A stretch of DNA of 26,854 nucleotides, from assembly GCA_964589485.1 (NCBI GenBank), contig CAZPRK010000005.1, positions 62,001 to 88,854 on the forward strand, read 5' to 3'. This DNA is from an uncultured Methanosarcinales archaeon (lineage in GTDB: Archaea > Nanobdellota > Nanobdellia > Woesearchaeales > CAYSVS01). The notes under the pieces are model-generated. The model had not been told where the DNA came from. It made no database searches and saw only the letters and a program-made list of their open reading frames with translations. Each line of letters begins with the position of its first letter. Position 1 is the first letter of the stretch. This document shows, one piece after another, positions 1 through 8,680 of this stretch. The translations under genes were made by a program, and so were the position numbers.

Positions 1-233
1 GAGAAGTTCAAGATTATTTATACAAAAATGTTTTACTTATGCCTTTCTCCCCTAGAATGTTAATTAAAAGATTTGGAGAAAGTAAAGTAAGAATTGCACT
101 CAAAACATTAAAAGACAATGGAACTTTAAGATCTTATCCTCCTTTAGTTGAGAAAGCAAATGGTTTTGTAAGTCAAGCAGAACATACATTTTATATTGAT
201 GAAAATTGGAAAGTTCATATAACAACTAAATAG
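1..233 (+). CDS. map: Methionine aminopeptidase type II, C-terminal part (5' end outside window)
   Basis: Frame is open from position 3 (EVQDYLYKNVLLMPFSPRML...). It shows the archaeal MAP2 C-terminal pattern PF..R.L ... YPPLVE...G.VSQAEHT with the metal-ligand Glu. Confidence 0.9.
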   Translation, partial: EVQDYLYKNVLLMPFSPRMLIKRFGESKVRIALKTLKDNGTLRSYPPLVEKANGFVSQAEHTFYIDENWKVHITTK

Positions 234-1476
234 ATTTTTTAATTTCTTTTCCACTTTTCAAATCTTTAATCTTAACTTGTTTAGATTTCATTTCATCTAA
301 TCCAATCACAACAACTTTATTTGCATTAATTTTATCTGCATACTTAAATTGTTTAGAAACATTTCTTGCAATCAGTTCCATTTCAACATTATTATCATTT
401 CTGAAATATTGAGCTACTTTAATTGCATAAGGTAAAGCTTTTTCATCTACAACTGAAATAAAATAATCAATTTGTTTATCATACTTAGGCAACTTATTTT
501 TAGCTTCCAAAAATAATTGTAATACTACATCACCATAAGCAAATCCTACTCCAGATAAAGGTTTTCCACCAAAATCTTCAATAAGATTTTCATATCTTCC
601 TCCACCTGCTATCGCTCTATATTGTTTATTTTTATCACTTATTTCAAATACAGTCGAAGTATAATAATCCAACCCTCTCATAATAGTTGAATCAAATTGA
701 ACAAATTTTTTAACATCGTAATTTTTTAACAAATTCATTAAAGAAACTATTTCTTTTAATCCTTGCATTCCATCTTTATCAAGATCTAATTTTTTAATTT
801 CATTTAATTTTAATTTAAGTGTTTTTTTTAATGCATTAACTACTTTTTTATTTAATTTTAAATCAATTAAAGACTTAGTAAAATTATCTTCACCAATTTT
901 ATCTAATTTATCAATTAACCTAGCCACATCTGGCAATTGTTTTTTAGTTACACCTGAACTTAAAATTAAACTTTGAATTAATTTTCTATTTCCAATACGA
1001 ACACAAAAATCTTTATCAGTTAAACCAAAATTAATCATTATTTGAATTCCAACTACAATCACTTCTGCATCTAAATTCATATTATCAGAACCAATACAAT
1101 CAAGATTAAATTGAAAAAATTCTCTTAACCTTCCAGCTTGAGATCGTTCATATCTCCAAAATCTTCCAATCGAATACCATTTTATTGGCATAGTCAAAGT
1201 ACTTTGTTTTTCTGCAATCATTCTTGCAACCGTAGGAGTTAACTCTGGCCTTACTGCAATTTCTCTATTCCCCTTATCATTAAAAACATACATCTGATCC
1301 GGAATTTCACTTCCTGACTTTAACCTCCATAAATCAGCTGGTTCAAGCATAGGCCCATCTATGTTAGAGTATCCAAATTTTTTAGCTACATTTTCCCACG
1401 TCTGAAAAATATAATCTTGAATATATTTCTCTTCAGGATAAAAATCCCTTGTTCCTTTTAATGGTTGAATTTTCAT
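226..1476 (-). CDS. hisS: Histidine--tRNA ligase
   Basis: KGTRDFYP N-terminus, RPELTPTVAR, motif 2 WRYERSQAGRLREFFQ, RGLDYYT, AGGGRY, GVGFAYG, and a C-terminal anticodon-binding domain (KQFKYADK). Confidence 0.98.
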   Translation of the reverse strand: MKIQPLKGTRDFYPEEKYIQDYIFQTWENVAKKFGYSNIDGPMLEPADLWRLKSGSEIPDQMYVFNDKGNREIAVRPELTPTVARMIAEKQSTLTMPIKWYSIGRFWRYERSQAGRLREFFQFNLDCIGSDNMNLDAEVIVVGIQIMINFGLTDKDFCVRIGNRKLIQSLILSSGVTKKQLPDVARLIDKLDKIGEDNFTKSLIDLKLNKKVVNALKKTLKLKLNEIKKLDLDKDGMQGLKEIVSLMNLLKNYDVKKFVQFDSTIMRGLDYYTSTVFEISDKNKQYRAIAGGGRYENLIEDFGGKPLSGVGFAYGDVVLQLFLEAKNKLPKYDKQIDYFISVVDEKALPYAIKVAQYFRNDNNVEMELIARNVSKQFKYADKINANKVVVIGLDEMKSKQVKIKDLKSGKEIKKSI

Positions 1477-1715
1477 TTCTAATTTACCTTAATTTTCTTG
1501 TTTATATAGTTTTTGATATAAGTACGACTAAAAGAATTTAACAATGAAAGTCAATTTTAGTAACCATTTTTAGGTGTTATGTAAACACACTATTTAAGCT
1601 TTGTTAAGCATATACCCTATATAGAAAAAATATATATACCAATTTTACTATATTCTTCTTGTAATAGAGAGAAGGATAGATGAATGTATCTATAGCGAAA
1701 TAAGGGGGGATAGCT

Positions 1716-1976
1716 ATGGTAAAGTTAGATGAAATAACTAGATTGCAAATAGCAGAAGCAATTGAAAATGTTAAGGCATGTAAACCATTAGAAAAAAAGC
1801 TTTCTGAGGGTGAAAGTCACTTAGAAGAAAACATGCGAGAATTAGTTTTCTCAGGTGCAATAGAATGGCGAGAATTTGTAGAAAATTTAAGTCTGTATGA
1901 CCCAGACTATGATAGAATTTTACATAACAAAACATCAGGTCATAGAAATTTTAGCGTATTGCATGGATGTGGTTAA
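1716..1976 (+). CDS. Hypothetical protein, 86 aa
   Basis: ATG preceded by a G-rich SD-like tract (AAGGGGGGA). Protein-like composition; no recognisable motif. Confidence 0.65.
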   Translation: MVKLDEITRLQIAEAIENVKACKPLEKKLSEGESHLEENMRELVFSGAIEWREFVENLSLYDPDYDRILHNKTSGHRNFSVLHGCG

Positions 1977-2866
1977 ATAAAAGTATCACCAATTAAACAT
2001 CTGGCACTACCGCCACCTTCTTTTTCAATAGTTGGTATGTTTAATTCTAAAATTTCAGAACTTTTTTTTATAACTTCTAATTGCTCACTAGTATAACTTC
2101 TCAAAGCAGTTGAAGAAGCAATAAAATACTTATTTCCATCTTTATTTTTTACTTGTAAAACATTTCCAGCCATGTTATAAAATTGATCCATAGTAATAGG
2201 AATAACTTCTCTTCCAATTTCATTCAAATTATTTTCTAAATTGTTTCTTTCAGTTTTATTTAATAAATCATAACATACAACTGTAAAATCTTCACCAATA
2301 GACATGAGTAAATCAGTATGATAAACAGGTGTTCCATCTAACTGTTGAGTATTAAAAGTAAATGGTTGATATCCAGTTAATTTACCAAATGAAAACACTG
2401 CTTCTAACGAAGTTCGTTCAGATAATGCCGCATAAACTACTTTATTTACTCTATCTAAAACTAAACTACCTGTTCCTTCTAAAAATACATCACGTACTTC
2501 TAATTCACTTAGATCAATAAAATAATTAATAGAATATTTAGAACGCAAAAAATCTACTATATCGCCTCTTCTTTCCTTCCTTCTATTCTCTGCAAACATA
2601 GGGTGTAAAATCAAAGTACCATCCTCATAAGTTGTTATCCAATTAGGAAATAATTCATCAGGCGTATCTTCATTAGTTCCTTCAAATAATAGTACTTCAA
2701 TTCCTTTTTCTTTTATTCTTTGAACACTTTCATCAAATTCTTCACGTACAATTTTAGAAACATCTTCTCCAGAACTAACTTGCCTTCCATTAGTTGCAGC
2801 AGTTTGAGGATTAGAATAAAAATTAACAGGACTAATCATTAATAAAGTATCTGTAATTTGTTTCAT
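1973..2866 (-). CDS. Amidinotransferase/pentein-superfamily hydrolase, CtlX-like (citrulline utilisation hydrolase family)
   Basis: N-terminal LLMISPVNF..NPQTA, TPD..FPN, PMFAENRRKERR, FLEGTGSLVLDR, YAALSERT, YHT (catalytic His) and GGGSARC (catalytic Cys). Confidence 0.88.
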   Translation of the reverse strand: MKQITDTLLMISPVNFYSNPQTAATNGRQVSSGEDVSKIVREEFDESVQRIKEKGIEVLLFEGTNEDTPDELFPNWITTYEDGTLILHPMFAENRRKERRGDIVDFLRSKYSINYFIDLSELEVRDVFLEGTGSLVLDRVNKVVYAALSERTSLEAVFSFGKLTGYQPFTFNTQQLDGTPVYHTDLLMSIGEDFTVVCYDLLNKTERNNLENNLNEIGREVIPITMDQFYNMAGNVLQVKNKDGNKYFIASSTALRSYTSEQLEVIKKSSEILELNIPTIEKEGGGSARCLIGDTFI

Positions 2867-2908
2867 TTAAAAAAGAAATTAGAGTTTATATTTAAATTTT
2901 TATAGACA

Positions 2909-3493
2909 CTAATGCTTATTTCTTCCTCTTTCTTCTACTTTGTCTAACCTATTTATTATTTCTAAAGAATTATCTTTTATATATTCTTTTACAACCAAAT
3001 TAAAAACTTCATCGCTAATTTCATGATGTTTACTTTCCAATGCTCTTTTTAACAAATGTAAATCAACAGCTTTATCTTCAACTTTACTTGAAAAAAAACT
3101 TAATCCAAAATCAATTAACTTCAATTCATCTTCAACTATCATATTACTTGTGGTTAAATCTCCGTGAATAATATCATTTTGATGCATTAAAGAAATTTTT
3201 TGTCCAATTTCTTTCGCCCATTTTAAATGATGTTTATGCAAGACATCACGTAACTTATGTCCTGACAAAAAATCCATTTCAATTTTCATTTCCTTATTAT
3301 GAACTTTAATTAACTTAGGAGCAATTCCTAAAGAATGTAATTTTTCCAACACTTTAGCTTCTCGCTTAGTTCTAGATTTCCTTAAAGAAGTATCTATATC
3401 TATATGCCTATACGGCTTAGAATTTCTAAATTTAATTACCAATTCTTTATCTTTGTATATTATTGCTTCAGCTCCAGATGAAATTTGTTCCAT
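2909..3493 (-). CDS. bud32: KEOPS complex kinase/ATPase Bud32 (stand-alone)
   Basis: SGAEAIIY, K.R.SKPYRH..ID..LRKSRTKREAK, IIHGDLTTSNM, LIDFGL, EDKAVDLHLL, C-terminal VEERGR. Confidence 0.95.
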   Translation of the reverse strand: MEQISSGAEAIIYKDKELVIKFRNSKPYRHIDIDTSLRKSRTKREAKVLEKLHSLGIAPKLIKVHNKEMKIEMDFLSGHKLRDVLHKHHLKWAKEIGQKISLMHQNDIIHGDLTTSNMIVEDELKLIDFGLSFFSSKVEDKAVDLHLLKRALESKHHEISDEVFNLVVKEYIKDNSLEIINRLDKVEERGRNKH

Positions 3494-3525
3494 AAAATAG
3501 AAGAAATAAGTAAAGATATAAAAAG

Positions 3526-4251
3526 TTAAGCTGCTTTTTTATATTTCACTTTTTCTGGAGTTACATGCTTCAACCGTTTAATATATTGAGTATCATGATG
3601 ACCCAATGGCAAGTGAGATAAATCTTGTACTTGTTCATCCAAACTTTTTCCTGCTCCATCATAATCTAATTTAGCAATTTTAAACAATTCTCCAACATTT
3701 TTAGTAAATTCTAATTTTTGATCAGCATCTAAACCAGTCACATAATCATTTAATGTTGAACCTACTAATTGAGATGGTAAATGGTAACCTAAACTTTGAG
3801 CCAAGTCATCAATAACATTCCGAATTCCATCTTCATTATCTTTATTACTCATTAAATCATCGATTACACTTTTATATGTAACACCCGCATATAATCGTAA
3901 ACTATCTCTAAATGCTCTTTTAGAAGTTGTTTTTAATTTTGCTACGTCTTCATGACTCATTCCAGGATTAATATGCGGCGCAATATGATATTCAATAATA
4001 TTATCAAGCATTTCTTCAGCATGCTTTCTGTCTTTTATTTTCACATTAGGTAAAACATGTTCTCCATCTCCACCCTCTAATATTTTTTCACTTTCTTCAA
4101 AATGTTTATATGCCGTATTTTGTACATGCCTTGTTAAATGATGACCTAAATTCCTAAATTTTTTAGATTCATCTTTAGAAAGGTACTTTAATTCATCTAA
4201 TTTCTCATCAATAGCATCAATAATCCTAACTTCTTTTTCTTTCTTGGCCAT
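3526..4251 (-). CDS. Hypothetical soluble protein, 241 aa, His-rich, ends YKKAA
   Basis: Long ORF with SD-like GGTGGG upstream; no recognisable family motif. Confidence 0.8.
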   Translation of the reverse strand: MAKKEKEVRIIDAIDEKLDELKYLSKDESKKFRNLGHHLTRHVQNTAYKHFEESEKILEGGDGEHVLPNVKIKDRKHAEEMLDNIIEYHIAPHINPGMSHEDVAKLKTTSKRAFRDSLRLYAGVTYKSVIDDLMSNKDNEDGIRNVIDDLAQSLGYHLPSQLVGSTLNDYVTGLDADQKLEFTKNVGELFKIAKLDYDGAGKSLDEQVQDLSHLPLGHHDTQYIKRLKHVTPEKVKYKKAA

Positions 4252-4306
4252 TTAACCCACCACATTTTAATATCAACATCTACAATATAAATCTTTCGGG
4301 TTTACT

Positions 4307-5308
4307 TCATAATTCCCATTGTTTTTTAAATTGAGTCATTCTTGGAAGATCTTTTCGTAAATGAGTTAAACCTGTTTTTTGAGCTTCTGCACCACGAAAT
4401 ATATCTTTATTCAAATTTATTACATCATTTTCAATACGAAGTGATTGTTCTGTAGCTTGTCTAATTTCTTCCAAAGGTCTATTATTTTGTTTATAAATTT
4501 CTTTAAATGCCGAATCATTATTTCTAACTTGATCAGAATAAGTTAGTGCTTTCCCATGATCTTCAGAAACATAACCCAAATCACGTAAATTTTTAGCACT
4601 ATTTTGAATATGGGTCATTGTTTTGTCTACCAATGCTTGAACATCATTTATTTTAAGCATTCCATTTTCTTGTATAACAAAGTGTTTTTTAAGTTTAGAG
4701 TCTAATTGTTCTACTTCTTCTGCTTTAAATTCTAATTTTTTAACGTCTTCAACAGTTTTATCATTAAAAATTTGCCTTAACCCTAAAACAGGACCTAAAT
4801 TTTGAAACTGTTTTTGAATATCATTAAATTGAGGTGCATTCTTTTCTTGTAGTTCATAAATTTTTTTACCATAAATTTCAACGTTCTTAAGTTCTACATG
4901 TTTTGACTTAATTAATTTCTCTAATTCTACTTTTCGAGCATTATAAGTTGAAGAACCGGGTGTTGCTTTTTCTAACTCAATTGTTGCAAGACCTATTTTT
5001 TTATCAAATACTGTCAATCTATCTAACGCCCTTTCATGTTTTTTAGTTGCGTCAATCAATTCATCTAAAACCTTAACTTCTTTCTTAATATCCTTCTCAA
5101 TTGCTTCCACTCCTTCTTCTGCTTCATTAACAGCAGCTTCAGATTCCTTATTTTTTGAAGAACTTCCTTTCTTAACTTTAGAAATTAACAAACCTACTAC
5201 AATAGCAATTGAAAGAATCAAAGTAATACCAGCTAATCCATTTGTTTCTCCTTCAGCTGAAACTGTTTTAATTAATATAATAAAAATAAACACACTCTTT
5301 TTTAACAT
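4307..5308 (-). CDS. Hypothetical membrane-anchored coiled-coil protein, 333 aa
   Basis: Signal-peptide-like N-terminus (…KTVSA), one TM helix followed by a Lys-rich stop-transfer (SKVKK), then a long charged helical region. Confidence 0.8.
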   Translation of the reverse strand: MLKKSVFIFIILIKTVSAEGETNGLAGITLILSIAIVVGLLISKVKKGSSSKNKESEAAVNEAEEGVEAIEKDIKKEVKVLDELIDATKKHERALDRLTVFDKKIGLATIELEKATPGSSTYNARKVELEKLIKSKHVELKNVEIYGKKIYELQEKNAPQFNDIQKQFQNLGPVLGLRQIFNDKTVEDVKKLEFKAEEVEQLDSKLKKHFVIQENGMLKINDVQALVDKTMTHIQNSAKNLRDLGYVSEDHGKALTYSDQVRNNDSAFKEIYKQNNRPLEEIRQATEQSLRIENDVINLNKDIFRGAEAQKTGLTHLRKDLPRMTQFKKQWEL

Positions 5309-5432
5309 AACGAATACATATAATTCATACTATAAAAACATTACTTATGACTTTTTTGTCACACTAAAGCATAATCCAAACTATATTTCTTTTTAAATAT
5401 ACTATATATATAAAGAATATGATGATATTCCT

Positions 5433-5439
5433 GAGGTGA
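5433..5439 (+). promoter_or_regulatory. Shine-Dalgarno site GAGGTGA upstream of the TTG start at 5446
   Basis: Matches the archaeal SD consensus, 6 nt before the TTG. The same heptamer precedes the minus-strand genes starting at 9739 (9744-9750) and 21260 (21267-21273). Confidence 0.75.
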
Positions 5440-5445
5440 ATTACA

Positions 5446-7257
5446 TTGAGTAAAAAACAAAAAGTAAGTGAAGAAGAAAAAAAAATGTTAGAAAAGCTTC
5501 CAAAAGAAGCTCAAGAAAAATTAAAACAAATAAAATCCAAATTAGATAAATTTCAAAAAGAATTACTTAAAAAATTCGATAAATATGTTTCAGGAATAGC
5601 TTTAATGCCACCTCAAAAAAAAGAAGGTGAAGAAAAAGCAGATACTGATAAAATAAATGTAGTCATATTAGTTGATGATTCAGATAGTCAAAAGATGTCT
5701 AAACTAGAACTAAAAGAAAAATTACAATCTATAATTGCAACATCCGCAAAAGATATTGATAAAAATATTGTGCCACAAGTTATTATTCTTTCTGAACTTT
5801 GGCAAAGTTGTTATGATGGAAAAACAGAATTATTACAAACAATTGCATTAAGTGCTCCAGTATATGACACAGGAATGTTAGCAGCAATTAAAATATCTGA
5901 AGTTCATAAAACAATGGTATTAAAGAAATTTGAAAAATATATTGTTAGTTATGTTCTATCTGGGTCTTTAATTAGAGGTCAAGCAACTCCTACATCAGAC
6001 ATTGATGTATTTATGGTTATTGATGATACTGATGTTAAAAAAATGACTAGAGCTGAATTAAAAGATAAGTTAAGAGCTATAATTATAGGAATGGGCGTAG
6101 AAGCAGGAGAAATGACCGGAGTTAAAAATAAAATTAACATCCAAGTTTATATCTTAACTGATTTCTGGGATAGCCTAAAAGAAGCAAACCCTATAATTTT
6201 CACATTATTAAGAGATGGAGTTCCATTCTATGATAGAGGCGTTTTTATGCCTTGGAAACAATTATTAAAAATGGGCAAAATAAAACCTAGCCAGGAAGCA
6301 ATTGACATGTTTATGAGTTCAGGTGAACAAATGCTTCAAAGAGTTAAATTAAAAATAAGAGATATTGGTATGGAAGACCTATTTTATGCAATATTAACAC
6401 CTTCTCAATCAGCTTTAATGATGTTTGGTGTTGCACCACCTACACCTAAAGAAACAGCAGACTTAATGAGAGAAATATTTGTAAAAAGAGAAAAATTATT
6501 AGAAGAAAAGTTTGTTAAAACTCTTGAAACTGTAATAAAAATTAGAAAAGATTTAGAACATGGAACAAAAAAAGAAATTACAGGAAAAGAAATTGATTCT
6601 TTGTTAAATGACTCAGAGAAATACTTAAAAAGAATTAAAAGGTTATTTACACAGATTGAAAAAATCAAAGAAGAAGAAGGAGTTTTACATACTTATGAAT
6701 CAGTTGTAAGTATTATTAGAGATGTTCTTAAATTAGAAGGCGTAGAAAAAGTTAACGATAAAGAAATGGTTGAATTGTTTGAAAAAGAAATGATTTTATT
6801 AGGAAAAATTCCTGAGAAATTTTTAAGAATTTTAAACAATATAATCAAAGCTAAAAAAGACTACGACAATAAAAAGCTTAACAAAAAAGACATAACTAAC
6901 GTGAATAAAGATTCAAATGAATTAATTAAATTCTTAGTTGAGTACATACAAAGAAAACGTGGAAGAGAATTAGATAGAGCTAAAATCAAAGTTAAGTATG
7001 GTAAAAAATATGGCGAAGTTATCTTATTAGATAAAGAAGCTTTTTTCATACACGACATAGATAGCGAAGATAAAAAAATCAGTAAAGGAAAAGTTAAAGA
7101 TAATGGTGAAATTGAAATTGTTTCAGAAACTACTTTAGAAGAATTTGAAAAAGCTTTAACTAAAATAGTAATTCCTCCAAAAGTTTTCATACATGAAAAA
7201 ACATTTGAAAGACTCAAAAGTGTTTACGGGAATGATGTAGAGATACTTGTTAATTAG
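5446..7257 (+). CDS. Pol-beta-type minimal nucleotidyltransferase (MNT) and HEPN-like multidomain protein with internal duplications
   Basis: YVLSGSLIRG.A...SDIDVFMVIDD is the hG[GS]-x-DxD NTase motif (aa 173-187). A helical domain carries RKDLEH (Rx4H, aa 367-372). Each domain has a degenerate second copy. Confidence 0.85.
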   Translation: MSKKQKVSEEEKKMLEKLPKEAQEKLKQIKSKLDKFQKELLKKFDKYVSGIALMPPQKKEGEEKADTDKINVVILVDDSDSQKMSKLELKEKLQSIIATSAKDIDKNIVPQVIILSELWQSCYDGKTELLQTIALSAPVYDTGMLAAIKISEVHKTMVLKKFEKYIVSYVLSGSLIRGQATPTSDIDVFMVIDDTDVKKMTRAELKDKLRAIIIGMGVEAGEMTGVKNKINIQVYILTDFWDSLKEANPIIFTLLRDGVPFYDRGVFMPWKQLLKMGKIKPSQEAIDMFMSSGEQMLQRVKLKIRDIGMEDLFYAILTPSQSALMMFGVAPPTPKETADLMREIFVKREKLLEEKFVKTLETVIKIRKDLEHGTKKEITGKEIDSLLNDSEKYLKRIKRLFTQIEKIKEEEGVLHTYESVVSIIRDVLKLEGVEKVNDKEMVELFEKEMILLGKIPEKFLRILNNIIKAKKDYDNKKLNKKDITNVNKDSNELIKFLVEYIQRKRGRELDRAKIKVKYGKKYGEVILLDKEAFFIHDIDSEDKKISKGKVKDNGEIEIVSETTLEEFEKALTKIVIPPKVFIHEKTFERLKSVYGNDVEILVN

Positions 7258-7265
7258 CAACAAGA

Positions 7266-7273
7266 TTTATAAA
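7266..7273 (+). promoter_or_regulatory. Archaeal TATA box for eif1a (probably a leaderless transcript)
   Basis: TTTATAAA ending 24 nt before the ATG, purine-rich flank upstream, no SD. Confidence 0.6.
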
Positions 7274-7297
7274 CAAAGCGATAATTTGTAATATTAA

Positions 7298-7642
7298 ATG
7301 AAACCAAAGAAGAAAAAAACAAGTTCCGAGGAAGACGCACAACAAGATATTAGAAAAATAAGACTTCCTAAACCACCAGAAAGTTTCGGTATTGTTGAAC
7401 AAAGACTTGGCGGAAGTCGAATGACAGTTAGATGTCTTGATGGAAAAGTAAGAATTTGTAGAATTCCTGGAAGATTAAAAAGAAGACTTTGGGTCAGGGA
7501 AGGAGATTTAGTTATTGCAGAGCCATGGGAACTTGGTGGAGATACAAAGGGAGATATTCTTTTTAAATATAGGCCAGCACAAGTTCAATTCTTAAAAAAT
7601 AAAGGCCAATTAAAACAACTAGATGAACTAGACGAGTTTTAA
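7298..7642 (+). CDS. eif1a: Translation initiation factor aIF-1A
   Basis: RLPK...GIVEQRLGGSRM.VRC.DGK.RICRIPGRLKRRLWVREGDLVI..PW...KGDI...Y. Confidence 0.97.
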   Translation: MKPKKKKTSSEEDAQQDIRKIRLPKPPESFGIVEQRLGGSRMTVRCLDGKVRICRIPGRLKRRLWVREGDLVIAEPWELGGDTKGDILFKYRPAQVQFLKNKGQLKQLDELDEF

Positions 7643-7714
7643 CTACTCAAAGATAGAAATATTTATATAATGAATTAAAAACATTTTTTCTTATAATTTA
7701 ATGAGGGGATTTTT

Positions 7715-8269
7715 ATGAATAACAAATTATTTTGGTTTATAGATTTATTAATACTGTTTATATTTTTAAAATTAATTAGCTTAAGTTTTAGTTTAAGTGG
7801 TTCAATGTTTAAGTTACAATTCATTGTACTTGTTGCATTGTTAATTTTAGGTGGATTGACACTTCTTAAAGATAAATATGCATTATGGTTTTTCTTAGTT
7901 AGTTTAATAGATACATTAATTCTATATTCTCATTTTGAAACTAGGTTAAAATTAATCATAATTCCTTTAGGTGCTGGAATAATAGGTTTAGCTCTTAGTT
8001 TAAAACAACCAGAAGAAGAGGAAGACAACGAAGTTACTGAATTTGAATTAGAAGAAACTCCTGAAACTAAAGTATTATTGGAAGAATATGCTCCAGAAGA
8101 AAAAAAATCAGAATTTTCTCCAGGTAAATTTTTAGCTAGTAAATATGGTAAAACTTATCATGCTCCAAAATGTACATGGGCTAAAAAAATAAAGAAAAAA
8201 AGCCAAGTTTGGTTAGAAGACAGTAAAGAAGCTAAAAAGAAAGGTTATACTAAACATAATTGTTTATAA
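7715..8269 (+). CDS. Membrane protein (about 4 TM) with acidic linker and C-terminal Ada-metal-binding-like domain
   Basis: Hydrophobic N-terminal half, Glu-rich linker, then ASK.GKTYH.P.C.WAKKI....VW.....EA...GY..H.C. Confidence 0.75.
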   Translation: MNNKLFWFIDLLILFIFLKLISLSFSLSGSMFKLQFIVLVALLILGGLTLLKDKYALWFFLVSLIDTLILYSHFETRLKLIIIPLGAGIIGLALSLKQPEEEEDNEVTEFELEETPETKVLLEEYAPEEKKSEFSPGKFLASKYGKTYHAPKCTWAKKIKKKSQVWLEDSKEAKKKGYTKHNCL

Positions 8270-8680
8270 TTATTCCCAGAAATATATTATTAACAATCCA
8301 ACTCCAATAACTAGAGCTGTATCCGCTACATTAAATACTGGCCATATTTTAAAATCTAAAAAGTCAATAACATACCCATAATATAACCTATCAAATAAAT
8401 TACCCAATGTTCCTCCTAAAATTAAAGCCACAGCTACATTAACATATGTTAATTCAGGAATTTTATTATAATAATAACCAATTGCACCAATAACGCCAAT
8501 TGAAACTAATACTATTATTAAAAATTGATGTTGAAATAACCCAAAGCCTACACCGTAATTTTTTACTAAATTTAAACTAAAAAAAGAAGTTATATCTACA
8601 TCAGTTGCAAAATATTTTGTAATCCTATCTAAAAAAAAAGTAATAAAAGTAACTAAAAAAAACAAATAATGTTTTACCAT
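8270..8680 (-). CDS. lspA: Lipoprotein signal peptidase (signal peptidase II, peptidase A8)
   Basis: D..TK, N.G..FG, LILGGTLGNLFDRL, GYVIDF and WPVFNVAD; both catalytic Asp residues are present. Confidence 0.95.
   Translation of the reverse strand: MVKHYLFFLVTFITFFLDRITKYFATDVDITSFFSLNLVKNYGVGFGLFQHQFLIIVLVSIGVIGAIGYYYNKIPELTYVNVAVALILGGTLGNLFDRLYYGYVIDFLDFKIWPVFNVADTALVIGVGLLIIYFWE

Noticed and set aside
1572..1693. Short palindromes in the hisS upstream gap (GTGTT..AACAC, ATAGAT-N6-ATCTAT), and TGAC-N6-GTCA at 5348-5361
   Set aside because: Arms of 4-6 bp are expected by chance in AT-rich DNA and are not repeated elsewhere in the window.
6405..7217. Minus-strand ORFs 6405-6668 and 6861-7217
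   Set aside because: Antisense shadows of the MNT-HEPN gene, with the Ser/Phe/Leu-rich composition typical of reverse-complemented Lys/Glu codons.
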